Shown piece by piece: positions 1-12,361 of a stretch of 64,000 nucleotides of DNA (position 1 is the first letter of the stretch; every line of letters starts with the position of its first letter). A model generated the notes under the pieces. It was not told the origin of the DNA. It did no database searches and saw nothing but the letters and a program-made list of their open reading frames with translations. Origin of the DNA: the human T2T-CHM13v2.0 reference genome, Homo sapiens. Position numbers and translations under genes: made by a program. The DNA is taken from NCBI RefSeq assembly GCF_009914755.1, contig NC_060932.1; one strand, 5' to 3'.

Positions 1-899
1 TTTCAGATTCCTTTCTAAGAACAATAGGCAGCACCTGATTATCTTACCAATAGACGTAAATGCCTGTCCTGATTGAGAGAAAAATGCCACAGTATTGTAC
101 ATTTTCTGTTCTCCTTGAAAGAAGGAATAAGATTGGAATAAGGGCTGTAGATGGAACTAGATATAAGCTAATTTTCCTTGGGCCTTGCCTGGAGGAGCAT
201 AAAGAGGCCTAAATAAGGTGTGAAATAAGGTGTTGGGGAAGCATCTAATTAAAGGTAGGCTGCCCAGAAGGAGCAGAAGAGATGCTGCGGCTGTAGAGCA
301 GTGAAGTAGCAAGTCCAGACTTACAGGAATTCATATACCTGGGGTCTGGAACAGTCAGACCAGCTTGAAGCCATCTATCACCATAGCAGTTAGTGGCCGC
401 AGGAGCGTTTGAACCCTGGATTCCTGGGGAGAGTACAATACCAGAGTGGCTACATCACAGAGCCTCTGACCCTGAGATCCAGTAAGTAGATGTTCATAAA
501 GCAAGGATCAAGAGATTTGATTCTCCCTGGGCACTTTGAGCTGATGGCAAACAGGCATTCATTAGATAGATAAGGCTGAAGTTTGAGAGATAGGTCTTAA
601 GTATTAGCAAGAGCCTATCTGAGACCTCCCAAAGCAAAACAGCAGGACATCTATCCCAGCAGAGGGAGCTCAGAGAAGACACAGCTGTGGCTGACATAGA
701 AGGCTAGGACCAAGGAAGAAAGTTTATTATAAATAATAGTGTCATCAAGAAAAGTAAAATTTACTAGGTGAGTGTTAAACATGCATTCTTTTCATTTCTA
801 AATATATATCTGATTGCTTTTAATGGACTTAAATAATACTTCATTTCTGGTATTCAGAAATAATTAATATGCAAAGTTTAAAGTTATGTTTTCAAAATC

Positions 900-1075
900 T
901 TCAGAGCTAGAAAGGACTGTAGAGATAATTTATTCCATCACATACCCATGAAAACATTTCCAAATAAGAAATGTGACACTCAGGGAGATTTTCTAACTTG
1001 CTTAGAGTTAGTCAGCTAATGAGTGGTAATGGACGAATTAATACTTATGAAGTAGATTCCTAGCACAAACTTATT
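900..1075 (-). mobile_element. MIR/MIR3 SINE fragment
   Basis: Degenerate MIR core (gacactcagggagatt...aacttgcttagagttagtcagctaatgagtgg) in reverse orientation. Confidence 0.5.
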
Positions 1076-1289
1076 TTTATTGTGCAATGTAGAATACTTT
1101 TGCTAAAAAAGAGTTAATTTGCTACATAAAATCTCTGAAATTGATTTTCATTTTTTAAAACATCAACAACTACTGGTTTGCCAATTTAAGCTTACACATA
1201 CACAGATCCTTTACCATTCACTAAATTAAAGAGAAAAGCTGCTTATGAATATAAGTCATTTATAGTGATGGTTACTGGCACATTCTAAA

Positions 1290-1510
1290 CTAATATATAT
1301 ATATATAAAATATATAGAATGCCACACTATATGTCGTATATATAGGAATATGGAATAGATGGATATAGACATAGATAACATATAGATATGAGAGATATAG
1401 ATTTATATGTAATTAATATATGTAAGGATATGTACACAATATATGCATGCACATATATGCAATGTTACTATATAACATTATAGCTATTCATTGTAGATAT
1501 AATATGATAT
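1290..1510. repeat. AT-rich/(TA)n low-complexity tract
   Basis: Degenerate TA/TATG/TAGA repeats seen directly. Confidence 0.8.
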
Positions 1511-1774
1511 TAACTAGTATTTCCTTGGGCCTGCTCAATCACAGTCATCTTCACTTACTGCTTCAGCAGTTCCAATTCCATTCAGAAAGAGGTTTCTGTA
1601 AAAAGCAGACAAACACTGGAAGGGTCATGGAGCTGTTGAGCTGCTTGGTACAAACATTTTGGATTTAAGAGTACCAGTCTTTCTTTAATATCCATGATTA
1701 AAATCTTGGGTCCAGCTTGCCTCATCGGTAAACTTATAATCTACTTTTTCTCAGAAATATATGCATATGTTGGT

Positions 1775-1845
1775 AGATAGGTAGATAGATGGAGAGAGAG
1801 AGAAAGAGAGAAAGAAAGAAAGAGAGAAACAGAGGCAGAGACAAA
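1775..1845. repeat. (TAGA)n/(GA)n/(GAAA)n purine-rich simple repeat
   Basis: Seen directly. Confidence 0.8.
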
Positions 1846-2629
1846 GAATAAAATTCTTTCCTAAGAACATAGAAATTTTTTTAGTAATAGGGGATGCCTC
1901 TTAAAAATTGATAGGAGCAAAAAACTATTACAGAGGGTGTGGAAATTGCAATTGTGTAAGGCTGACAAGCTAATAAAGCATGGTGATATCCTACCACCCA
2001 GCATGACAGTTCAGAAGATGGTAACTGTGGTTTCAACATTGACTTATCTGACACAGAATACTATATTATTAAAATAGAAGCAACTTAAAAATACAATCCT
2101 GGTTAATTAAATTGTTTTTTTGTTTATGTCACCCAACAGTTGAGCAATTTGGAGTTTCCCTCAAGTACTTAGTAACCTGTTTTTCCTAGTTATTAACATG
2201 ATGTATAATTTGCTAATTATATCATTTTATTTAAATTTCCATTTTTTGTTTGTTTTATTATTTCTCTTAGTCTTTGGAACAAAATAACGCTTAGGACATG
2301 ATATGTAAAGTATGGCTGCATATGTGTTGCATAAAATATATATTATTACTAAAGTATATTACATAATGAATTTAAATGTAAGCAAGTCAGAAATTAAGTA
2401 AGTTTTCAAACTCCTTTTTTCTCCTTAGAAATAAATCTCTTTCCCTAGGCCTTATTTATGACCAGGAATCTAGGACTGAGTCATAATAAAACCACTTTCC
2501 TTGGATCTTAATCACATAACGTTACCAAATTTTCTAATGAGAAAATATAATAATATAAGAACTTAGACACATATGTTTAAAATAACTTTTGGACACTTTT
2601 GGTTTACACTGAAATGAAACAGTCTATTT

Positions 2630-3549
2630 ATTCCATAGTCTTCTTCCTTATAACTCAAAAACCTGAACATAATGCAACAAGCAAACGTAGAAAGACCCTG
2701 AATGATGAAAAGAAAACAATGATGGCAAAAAACCATGGCACTTGAGGAATGAAAAAATGGCGAGTTCCCCAAATTTTCTTTTTGCCTCTCATATATCCGG
2801 AATGGGAGAGGACTACAACCTAGAACCACCTAAAGAAACAGATAAAAAAGACCCAAGAAAAACTTGCTTCCTCCAACCAAAAGACCAGAAAAATGATGAC
2901 CTTGTACAAGAGTAAACTTTTTGACACCCTAATCCAGCCAATATCAGTAGAAACACTGCTGCTCCCTAACACTGATATCAGTGGAGATGGACATTTCCAT
3001 CCTCTACTTGGCAGCAACAGACAGCATTCTGATTGCCCCACCAAATTGTTCTCAGTGGGGCCAAGCAAGGACCAGAACTTCAACCTATAAGACAGAAATA
3101 TGGCTGAATAAGGCACTACAAGGTGGTGCTATTAAACACGCTGCTGCCACATCTTCCTCAGTGTAAGTGAGGCCCAGTAGAGTGATGAATCTCCAGCCCC
3201 ACTGTCAGCAATGAGGCAGAATGAGGTGGCATGGGGCTCCACTTTCCCTGTGGGGATCAGCAGGGAGCTGAGCTTCCATCTTCGCCCAACAGTAAGGAGG
3301 TGGTGCAATTCTGTGCTCTGCTTTATTAGAAGTAGTGTCAGCAGGCCCAGTGGAAAGCTGAACTTTCATCTCCACCCAGACCTGGATAATTGGTATAGGT
3401 AAATATATATATATATATATTATTAGGTATAATATAAATAATATATATGTAAATATATATATATTATATATATATTTTATATATATAAAATATATATACA
3501 CCTATATTTTATAGGTAAATACACGCACATATATACGTGTGTGTATATA

Positions 3550-3586
<37 letters not shown>

Positions 3587-3770
3587 ATATCTCAATAGTA
3601 GATTGGAGATAACAGAGGAAAGAATCATGAACTTGATGATAGGGGCAATATAAATTACCTAATCTGGAAAAAAAAAGGGCTAACAGAGCATTAGAGACCT
3701 GTGGGCCCAAATCAAAAGATCTAATATCCATCTCATTAGACTATAAGAAGGATAAGATTAAAAAGCATAG
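2630..3770 (+). mobile_element. Ancient L1M 5' region/ORF1, left part (contains a TA/TG microsatellite)
   Basis: ORF1-like 'agattggagataacagaggaaagaatcatgaacttga...agagacctgtggg' at 3590-3770; the element resumes at about 6051 after the L1PB insertion. Confidence 0.55.
3402..3590. repeat. (TA)n/(TG)n microsatellite
   Basis: Seen directly. Confidence 0.9.
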
Positions 3771-4443
3771 TGTGTACTACAAGGCTATAGTTACCGAAAG
3801 AGCATGATACTAGTATAAAAATAGACACGTAGACCAATGAAACAGAATAGAGAACCCAGAAATAAACCCAAATACGTACATCCAAATGATGTTTCACAAA
3901 GCAAACAAAAACATAAAGTGGGGGAAGGACATCCTATTCAACAAATGGTACTGGGTAATTGGCAAGCCACATGTAGGAGAATGAAGCTTGATCCTCACCT
4001 CTCACCTTATACAAAAATCAACTGAACATGCAGCAAAGGCTTAAATCTAAGACCTGAAACCACAACAATTCTGAAAGATAACATCAGAAAAGCCCTTCTA
4101 GACATTGGTTTAGGCAAAGAGTTCATGACCAAGAATCCAAAAGCCAATGCAACAAAAACAAAGATAAATAGGACCTAATTAAACTAAAAAGCTTCTGCAC
4201 AGCAAAAGAAACAATCAGCAGAGTAAACAGAAAACCCACAGAGTGGGAGAAAATATTCACAAACAATGCATCTGGCAAAGGACTAATATCCAGAATCTAC
4301 AAGGAACTTAAATCAGCCAAAACAAACAAACAAACCACAAACAACAACAACAACTAAAAAAAAAAAAAACCCAGAAAAACATATGATCCCATCAAATAGT
4401 AGGCAAAGGACATGGATAGACAATTCTCAAAAGAAGGTATACA

Positions 4444-5004
4444 TTTTTTTATTATACTTTAAGTTCTAGGGTACATGTGCACAACGTGCAGGTTTGTTAC
4501 ATATGTATACATGTGCCATGTTGGTGTGCTGCACTCATTAACTCGTCATTTACATTAGGTATATCACCTAATGCTATCCCTCCCCCCTCCCCCCACCCAC
4601 GACAGGTCCCGGTGTGTGATGTTCCCCTTCCTATGTCCATGTGTTCTCATTGTTCAATTCCCACCTGTGAGTGAGAACATACGGTGTTTGGTTTTTTGTC
4701 CTTGCGATAGTTTGCTGAGAATGATGGTTTCTAGCTTCTTCCATGTCCCTACAAAGGACATGAACTCATCATTTTTTATGGCTGCATACTATTCCATGGT
4801 GTATATGTGCCACATTTTCTTAATCTAGTCTATCATTGTTGGACATTTGTGTTGGTTCCAAGTCTTTGCTATTGTGAGTAGTGCTGCAATAAACATACGT
4901 GTGCATGTGTCTTTATAGCAGCATGATTTATATTCCTTTGGGTATATACTCAGTAATGGGATGGCTGGGTCAAATGGTATTTCTAGTTCTAGATCCCTGA
5001 GGAA
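4444..5004 (-). mobile_element. L1PA (L1PA5/6-like) 3' end, the inverted segment of a twin-primed insertion
   Basis: Reverse-complement L1PA 3'UTR 'ttattatactttaagttctagggtacatgtgcacaacgtgcagg...ttctagatccctgagga'. Confidence 0.9.
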
Positions 5005-5191
5005 AAAGAAAAAAAATATATATATATATATAAAGAAAAAGGAGAGGGAAACTTAGTTTAATCATAAACACCTCAAATGCAAATGTATCATTGTCTTAAT
5101 AGGATTCACATAAGGTTAAATACCGAAAGCAATAAAGGTTGTAATTGAATTTAAAAATAGATAAATAAAATCCCTTTTCTCTCCAAAAAAA
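5005..5191 (+). other. Non-L1 segment with AATAAA (5164-5169) and a poly(A), probable L1 3' transduction
   Basis: Lies inside the TSD aaaagaaggtat (4429-4440 and 5192-5203); begins with an A-rich tract; A-run starts 15 nt after AATAAA. Confidence 0.7.
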
Positions 5192-6050
5192 AAAAGAAGG
5201 TATGTAATTGGCCAACAAACATATGAAAAATGCTCAAAATCACTTATTATAAGGGAAATACAAATCAAAACCACAAAGAGATACCACCTTACTCCTGCAA
5301 GAATAGCCATAATCAAAAAAAATCAAAAAATAATAAATATTGGAATGGATGTGGTGAAAAGGGAACACTTTTACACTGCTGGTGGGAATGTAAGGTAGTA
5401 CAACCACTATGGAAAACAGTATTGAGATACCTTAATGAACTAAAAGTAGAACTACTGTTTGATTCAGTAATCCCTCTACTGGGTATCTACTCAGAGGAAG
5501 AAAAGTCATTATATGAAAAAGACACTTGCACATGCATGTTTATAGCAGCATGATTCACAACTGCAAACATATGGAACCAGCCTAAATGCCCATCAACTAA
5601 GAAGTGGATAAAGAAAATGTGAGATATATATATACACACACACCATGGAATACTACTCAGCCATAAAAAGGAATAAAATAATGGCATTCTATTCCAGCAA
5701 CCTGGATGGAATTGGAGACCATTATTCTAAGTGAAGTAACTCAGGAATGGAAAAATGAAACATTGTGTGTGCTTACTTACATGTGGGAGCTAAGCGATAA
5801 GGATGCAAAGCTCCTCATATTATCATTCATACCGTAAGAATCATTTAATGAACTTTGGGGACTCGGCGGGCAAGTGTGGGAGGGGGATGAGGGATAAAAG
5901 ACTACACATTGGGTACAGTGTACACTGCTCAAGTGACAAGTGAACCAAAATCTCAGAAATCACCACTAAAGAACTTTTTCATGCAACCAAACACTACCTG
6001 TTTTCCCCAAACTATTGAAATACAAAATACAATTTTTAAAAAAAGCATAG

Positions 6051-6490
6051 CATGGAAAATTATTCAAAAAATAATGACAAATTTTTTCAAGTTTCATTAA
6101 ATACATAGACTTATGGATTAAAGATGCTGAGAAAAACACAAACAGAATAAACCCAAATACATGAACACTAACGCATATTACAATCAAACTTTTCAAAGAT
6201 AAATCATCAGGGCAGCTGAAGATAAATGACATCACCCATAGGAGAATGACAGTTTGAGTGACAGCAGATTTCTCATCTGAACCTATGGATTCAGAAAGAA
6301 GCACACATCATTTTTCAAGAGCTTAAAAGAAAATAAAACTATTTACCTTGAATTTTTTTAATCAAAAAAAATCCTTCATAAATGAACATGCTGAGACCAA
6401 GGAAAACTAAAAGAATTTGTCACCAGCCAAGTCACCCTTAAAAAATGGCTAAAGGAAGTTCTCTAAAGAGAAAGGAAAATAATAACTTTA
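6051..6490 (+). mobile_element. Ancient L1M ORF1, right part
   Basis: 'gaatgacagtttgagtgacagcagatttctcatctgaacctatgg...aaaagaatttgtcaccagc' matches L1 ORF1 motifs. Confidence 0.7.
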
Positions 6491-6574
6491 ATCTTTCATT
6501 TTTACATCATGGTTGAATCATATACAGGCTTATCAGCTTAACACTATTCAAATGGTAGTTTTTATCAGTGGGAG

Positions 6575-7135
6575 TTTATTTATTCATTCTTTTGTTTGTC
6601 TACTATATACTAGGCACATGACGGGAAGCTCTTGCCAGGTAGTAAGCTAGGCACAGGGAATACAATACTGACCATGACAGAATTGCCAATTCGTGCAGAG
6701 AACCCAAACTGTGGTTAGAGAAACTGACAGTAGGCAAATAATGATACAAATGTGTGTTTATTTATAATTACTCTAAATCTTATAAAAATGAATGGGACCC
6801 CTGATGGTGTATGTCAAAAGAAACTTACCTTGTCTAGTGGATGGAGTAAGGGGTGATTTTTGAGAAAGTGTAATTTAAGTTGATGATGAAAAATGAAGGA
6901 AGTAGCAAGGTTTGAGGTGGTGGTAGCAAGTAAGGTTGGAGGAAGTGAATTCAAAGGTAAAGGGATAATGTTGACCCAGGCCCTGACATGGGAGAAAAGC
7001 AGTTTAGGGCACTCTAATAACTAAAAGAAAACAAGCACAATGGGAATTTAGTGTGTAATAGGAAAAGTTGAACTTTTGGAATAGACAGGGCCTGAAAGCC
7101 ATTTAAAATTTTAAGCTTTTAATAATGACAGCATT
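6575..7135 (-). mobile_element. L2 fragment
   Basis: L2 3' tail 'tttattcattc...ctactatatactaggcac' followed by the typical purine-rich body. Confidence 0.55.
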
Positions 7136-7265
7136 AAGCTGCAGCCATGTTTAAAATTGGAAGGCATTATGGTGAAAATATGGGCTACTGTTTGTCCTTC
7201 CCAAAGCACCTTCTTTTTTGCAGTGTTTAAAACAATTGGGTGACATCGAGATTCTCATTCACGGT

Positions 7266-7627
7266 TGTATTAGTCAGTTCTCACTCTACTAATAAAGACA
7301 TATCCAAGACTGGATAATTTATAAAGGAAAAAAGGTTTAGTGAACTCACAGTTCCACATGGCTGGGGATGCCTCACAAGCATGGTGGAAGATGAAGGAGA
7401 AAGGGCATGTCTTACATGACAGCAGGCAAGATAATGTCTGCAGGGGAACTGTCCTTTATCAATCCATTAGATCTTGTGAGACTTATTCACTATCATGAGA
7501 ACAGCATGGGAAAGACCCGCCCCTATGATTCAATTACCTCCCATTGGGTCCCTCCCATGAAACATGGGAATTATGGGAGCTACAATTCAAGATGAGATTT
7601 TGGTGGGGACACAGCAAAACCATATCA
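7266..7627 (-). mobile_element. THE1-type MaLR solo LTR (THE1B/C-like)
   Basis: 'tgtattagtcagttctcac...ggggacacagcaaaaccatatca' with TG...CA ends; degenerate 5-bp TSD acggt/gtggt. Confidence 0.9.
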
Positions 7628-8308
7628 GTGGTTCTCACTGAAAGCAGGTACCACCAGTTTCTTCTCTTTGTGAAAGAGGCAGCTACAAGCAACAAATGTT
7701 CCCAGTGACGTTTCAGTGACTTGTAACATCTTCAACATTTTATTGGCTAATTTTCTGAAGAACGATTAAATTGATCATTACTATCTTACCACCATATATA
7801 CAGAACTTCCTCCCGCAGAACGCTAATTTTCTTAAACTAAGTGAAATAAATAAAATTACACTTAAAATAGTGCCTGGCAAGTGAGAAAATACACTAATTT
7901 AGAGTAGTATCTACTACTTACACAAAATTTCCTCAAAGTCCACTTAAGGTGTCCTAGAGGAGCAAGCAGAAGTAACACTACTTATAGGTTAGACTCCAGT
8001 GTTCCCACAAGCTGTGTTTCCACAGATGTCCACTGTTACATCCTGGGGGAAAGAGAGAGAAAATAAATTTATTCACCCTCCCAGTTTAAGCTGATTGTTC
8101 TGTGTGCTTGTCTTGTCAAGGGCTTTTAATGAAATGTCCTCTAGTAGTATTTGAATTTATTTACTATTACTAACATTTATTTTTCTGTTTATCTTCTGGC
8201 CCCATCTCCTTCTGTCTGTCACTAATACACTCATGGACACTTACATAAACCAAGTCTTATTAAGCACTCTGAATACATCACGTAGTTCCACATGTCAGAT
8301 AAGCAGAT

Positions 8309-9980
8309 TCAACTTTAATAGAAACCAATTAACAAAGCCCATAAACTAATCTATTAAACATGTCTCAGAGTGTTTGAAGGGCACATGTTTATCTCTAAGC
8401 CCTGCATAGAGAGGGTAAGTTAGGCAGATATCTCAAGGGTAATCCACAAGACACAGTTAAGAAGGAACAGCTAGTTGCTGGCATTTCCTTCCTTTGTGGG
8501 TATTCTGCCTTCTTCTTCTTTTTTTTTTTTTTTTCTGTATTTCCTTCTCATTGATCCCAAATTCTCTTCAAAGCTTCCAACACCCCTTCAAATGTATATC
8601 ACATATAATATTTATCTCTCTCATTCTTTCCTCTCTCTCTCTCTAGAGAGTACACTAGCCTCTACGTTGTTACATCTGACTTGAAAACCAAATTCTGACC
8701 TGACAGTTTTATTGGCTTACATCTACTCCTTAGCCTCGGAACTCTAGATTAGATCAGTGTGGAGTTAACATGTACTTACCAGGATAAATCTGTCAAGTAC
8801 CAGGGAGAAAGCACCAGAATCTTCTATTTCAAAATAGTTACAAAATAATAATGACAACTCCATTCCATCAAAGATAATTATTACAATTGAATTTTGATTT
8901 ATTTCTTGTTAATCTAACAAAGTAGACTTTTAAAAAAATTCCACAGATTGATTTGACTGGACTTGATTTATCATTATAAGAAAACATGTTAAGGAGTGCA
9001 ATGATCTGAATGTTCGTGTCTCTCCAAAATTCTTATGTTGAAATCCGAACCCTTAAGGTCATAGTATTAGGAGGTGACACCTTTGGGAGGTGATTGGAAC
9101 ATGAAGGCGAAGCCTTCATGAATGAAATGAGTGCTGTTGTGAAAAAGGCTCCCGAGAGATTCCTTTCCTCTTCTGCCAGATGCGGACACAGCAAAAAGAT
9201 GGTCTTCTATGAACTAAGAAGTAAGCCCTCACCAACTCCAAATCTTCAAGCACCTTGATCTTGGACTTTCCAGCCTCTAGGACTGTGAAAAAAAGCCTTT
9301 TATAAACTACTCAGTTTATGGTATTTTGTTATAGCAACCTGAATGGACTAAGGCAGAGAGACAGTTAAACACATGATTGCAAAACATAAGGAAAAAGTCA
9401 TCTTTGAAAAACAGTGAGATTTAAAAATATAGTGATCTTTCATGGAGGTAGACAGTGGAATGATACATAAGAGAGAGTGGGAGGTGTATGTGGTTAGGGA
9501 GGGGGATAGAGACAGGTTGGTTAATGGGTACAAAAATATAGTGAGATGGAGGGAATAAGTCCTAATGTTTGATAGCCAAATAGCATGACTATAGTTAATA
9601 ACAGTGTATTGTATTTTCTAAATAGCTAGAAAAGGCTGGGTGTGGTGGCTCATGCCTGTAATCCCAGAACTTTGGGAGGCCAAGGCGAGTGGATCACCTT
9701 GAAGTCAGGAGTTCAAGACCAGCCTGGCCAACATAGTGAAAACCCACCTCTACTAAAAATACAAAAAAAAAAAAAAAAAAAAAAAGGAGAATACCCACAA
9801 AGGAAGGAAATGCCAATAACTAGCTGCTGCTTCTTAACTGTTGCTAGTGGATTACCCTTGAGATATCTGCCTAACTTACCCACTCTATGCAGGGCTTAGA
9901 GATAAACATGTGCCCTTCAAACACTCTGAGACATGTTTAATAGATTATGGGCTTTATTAATTGGTTTCTATTAGAGTTGA
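8309..9980. repeat. Inverted repeat pair 8309-8534 and 9763-9980 (unique-sequence arms)
   Basis: Manual alignment gives about 10 substitutions and 2 small indels over ~200 bp, plus a T-tract/A-tract pair. Confidence 0.95.
8997..9354 (+). mobile_element. MLT1A-type MaLR solo LTR
   Basis: 'tgaatgttcgtgtctctccaaaattcttatgttgaaatcc...tggtattttgttatagcaacctgaatggactaaggca'. Confidence 0.85.
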
Positions 9981-10285
9981 GGCTGAGGCAGGAGAATTAC
10001 TAGAACCTAGGAGGCAGAGTTTGCAGTGAGCTGAGATCACACCATTGCACTCCAGCCTGGGTGACAGGGCGAGAGTCTGTCTCAAAAAAAAAATAATAAT
10101 AAATTAATAAAAATAAATAAATTGCTAGAAGAGAAGAAATGTCCCTAACACATAGAAATGATAAATTTTCAGGTGATGAATAGTCTAAACAACATGACTT
10201 GATAATCACACTTTCTATACATGTAACAAAATTTCACACATACCCTATAAATATGTACAGATATAATGTATCAAGAATATATATA
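9430..10285 (+). mobile_element. L1MA 3' end, interrupted by an Alu at 9634-10120
   Basis: 'ggttaatgggtacaaaaatatagtgagatggagggaataagtcctaatg...gactatagttaataac' continues after the Alu as 'gtccctaacacatagaaatgataaattttcaggtgatg'. Confidence 0.8.
9634..10120 (+). mobile_element. AluS (Sx/Sz-like) carrying an internal ~200-bp inverted templated insertion
   Basis: Left arm 9634-~9762; right arm resumes at 9981; TSD aaatagctagaa/aaattgctagaa. Confidence 0.9.
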
Positions 10286-10389
10286 TAGTGGTATTTACAC
10301 ATGGTGGCTGTTCGTAATTTTCAGAATTGCTTAAATTTAAATAAACTTTTAAGATAAAAAGCATAACCCATTCTAATCATATTAATCTT

Positions 10390-10610
10390 TTTAATTAGGT
10401 GCCTACTGTGTCAGGTATATAACCAATGTGTTTTTGTTTTGTATCTTACAACATCTCTATGAGATAGCTATTATATTCCCATTTTACATAGGAGCAAACT
10501 GAGACTCAGGAAGGATTAATGGTTCAACTAAGTTTACACAGTTAATAAGTGGTGAAACTTTGATAGAAACTTTAATCTGTTTGCATATCCTGCTCTGGAT
10601 TCTTTTAACT
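10390..10610 (-). mobile_element. MIR SINE
   Basis: 'cccattttacataggagcaaactgagactcagg...aagtttacacagttaataagtgg' MIR core in reverse orientation. Confidence 0.8.
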
Positions 10611-10635
10611 CTGGATATTTTAACTTTTGGCATAG

Positions 10636-10811
10636 ATAGAATTTTGAGTACTTTATGATATGATTTTTCAAAAGCCACTAAAATGACTCAGAAATTCCAG
10701 TGAGAATTAATATTGCTGAAGATGATAGTCCTATGCCTGAATTATAAATAACATAATTTTTTTTTGAAAGCACACGGAGAATGAAAGTTTTGAACATCTA
10801 AACTAAGCTGG
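10636..10811 (+). pseudogene. Possible heavily decayed exon of the coiled-coil pseudogene
   Basis: Acceptor ttttggcatag, donor TGG|gtatgt; broken peptide MTQKFQ*ELILLK...ENES/TSKLSW. Confidence 0.3.
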
Positions 10812-11010
10812 GTATGTGGTTTTCCATTTGCTTGCTTTTAAAGGACTTTTATATTCTTTGTGATATATACATAATTAATTTGTTTCTCAGAATTAAGGTA
10901 GCCATTTATTCTCACAAAATTTACTGTATATGTAAGAAAGAACACTACAAACTATAACTGTAAAATAGTGACTCACTTTATGTACTCATTTTTCAGTTTT
11001 GGAAACTATA

Positions 11011-11375
11011 AGTAATTTATTGCTAAATGTTTATTACATAAAATTCCAACTTAGTGAATTCATCAGTTTTCTTAATACACTTTACTTATGGATATTTTTT
11101 CCAAATTTATAAATTTGATGTGTATTTAAAGTGTCACTATAATCATTATCATTGCTTCTTAAGTTCTTAGTTCAATCCAACATACATTTATGAGTAATTT
11201 ATTGTTTAATATTTATTACAAAAAATTCCAATTTAGTGAACTTATTAGTTTTTTTAATACACTCTATGTATGGATATTTTTCTCCAAAGTTATGAATTTG
11301 ATGTGTATTTAATGTATCGCTATAATTATTATTATTGATGCTTAAGTTCTTAGTTCAATTCAGTATGCATTTGTG
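11011..11375 (+). repeat. Old ~182-bp tandem duplication (11011-11192 and 11193-~11375)
   Basis: Two collinear diverged copies beginning 'agtaatttattg'. Confidence 0.9.
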
Positions 11376-11470
11376 AGCACCTACTGTATGCCAGGAGCAG
11401 GGCTAGGGCCATTGAACAGAAAACATACAAGACAGTCCCTGGTGTCAACAAAATAATGGCCTAATTCTAA
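11355..11470 (-). mobile_element. L2 3' fragment
   Basis: 'ttcaattcagtatgcatttgtgagcacctactgtatgccagg...aagacagtccctg'. Confidence 0.6.
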
Positions 11471-11623
11471 TACATTGTACAAAGTAACAGTTGCAAATGG
11501 GAATTTTCTGAATCTCAATAATTAATAATGATGTGCTAAGCTATTGATATTACTGGCCAAAATTCTAATTTTCTAATTTTATTATTCATTGAATAGCAAC
11601 AGGTTTCAAATAGGGCTCTCTAT

Positions 11624-11651
11624 AAAATGAATTTTTTAAAAAATTCATTTT
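11624..11651. repeat. 28-bp perfect palindrome
   Basis: aaaatgaatttttt|aaaaaattcatttt. Confidence 0.95.
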
Positions 11652-11704
11652 CTCTGTACCTTATGATATTTGGTGTTCACTGCCTATGATCCAGCATCTC
11701 TTAA

Positions 11705-12017
<313 letters not shown>

Positions 12018-12361
12018 TAATTTTAACTTGTATCTTTGGTGTTTCTCCATCCTACGATTCTGCCTTATAATCTTTGTCCTGTCTGTAGATTACCTGATTC
12101 TACTTTTTGATACACAAGGCTGATGGCTCACAATGTAGTAGTGCCAATTCTTCAGGTCTCTTTGAATTTTTCTCTGCTATTGAGGACATTTCCACTTCTA
12201 CTTATCTCGACTCTATAACAACTCCAACAGAATATGGTCTAATTAATCATTAGTAACTAATGATGTTATCTAGTATTTGATAATAATTGCATTTCTGGTA
12301 CTGAGGAAATCCTTCACTGTGCGTAATTGGCTTCTCTGGATGGAACAGAAAAAATACGACA

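Larger units (their letters stand above)
3773..6040 (+). mobile_element. 5'-truncated L1PB (L1PB1-like) ORF2 end and 3'UTR, interrupted by an L1PA insertion at 4441-5191
   Basis: ORF2 C-terminal and L1PB 3'UTR motifs ('aaaagactacacattgggtacagtgtacactgctc...aaatcaccactaaagaac'); TSD aaaaagcatag at 3760-3770 and 6040-6050. Confidence 0.85.

Noticed and set aside
1-700. Purine-rich, LTR-like stretch
   Set aside because: It could not be assigned to a repeat family or gene with confidence.
1560-1730. Possible exon (IQKEVSVKSRQTLE-like frame)
   Set aside because: The splice signals are weak, the frame is interrupted, and there is no convincing similarity.
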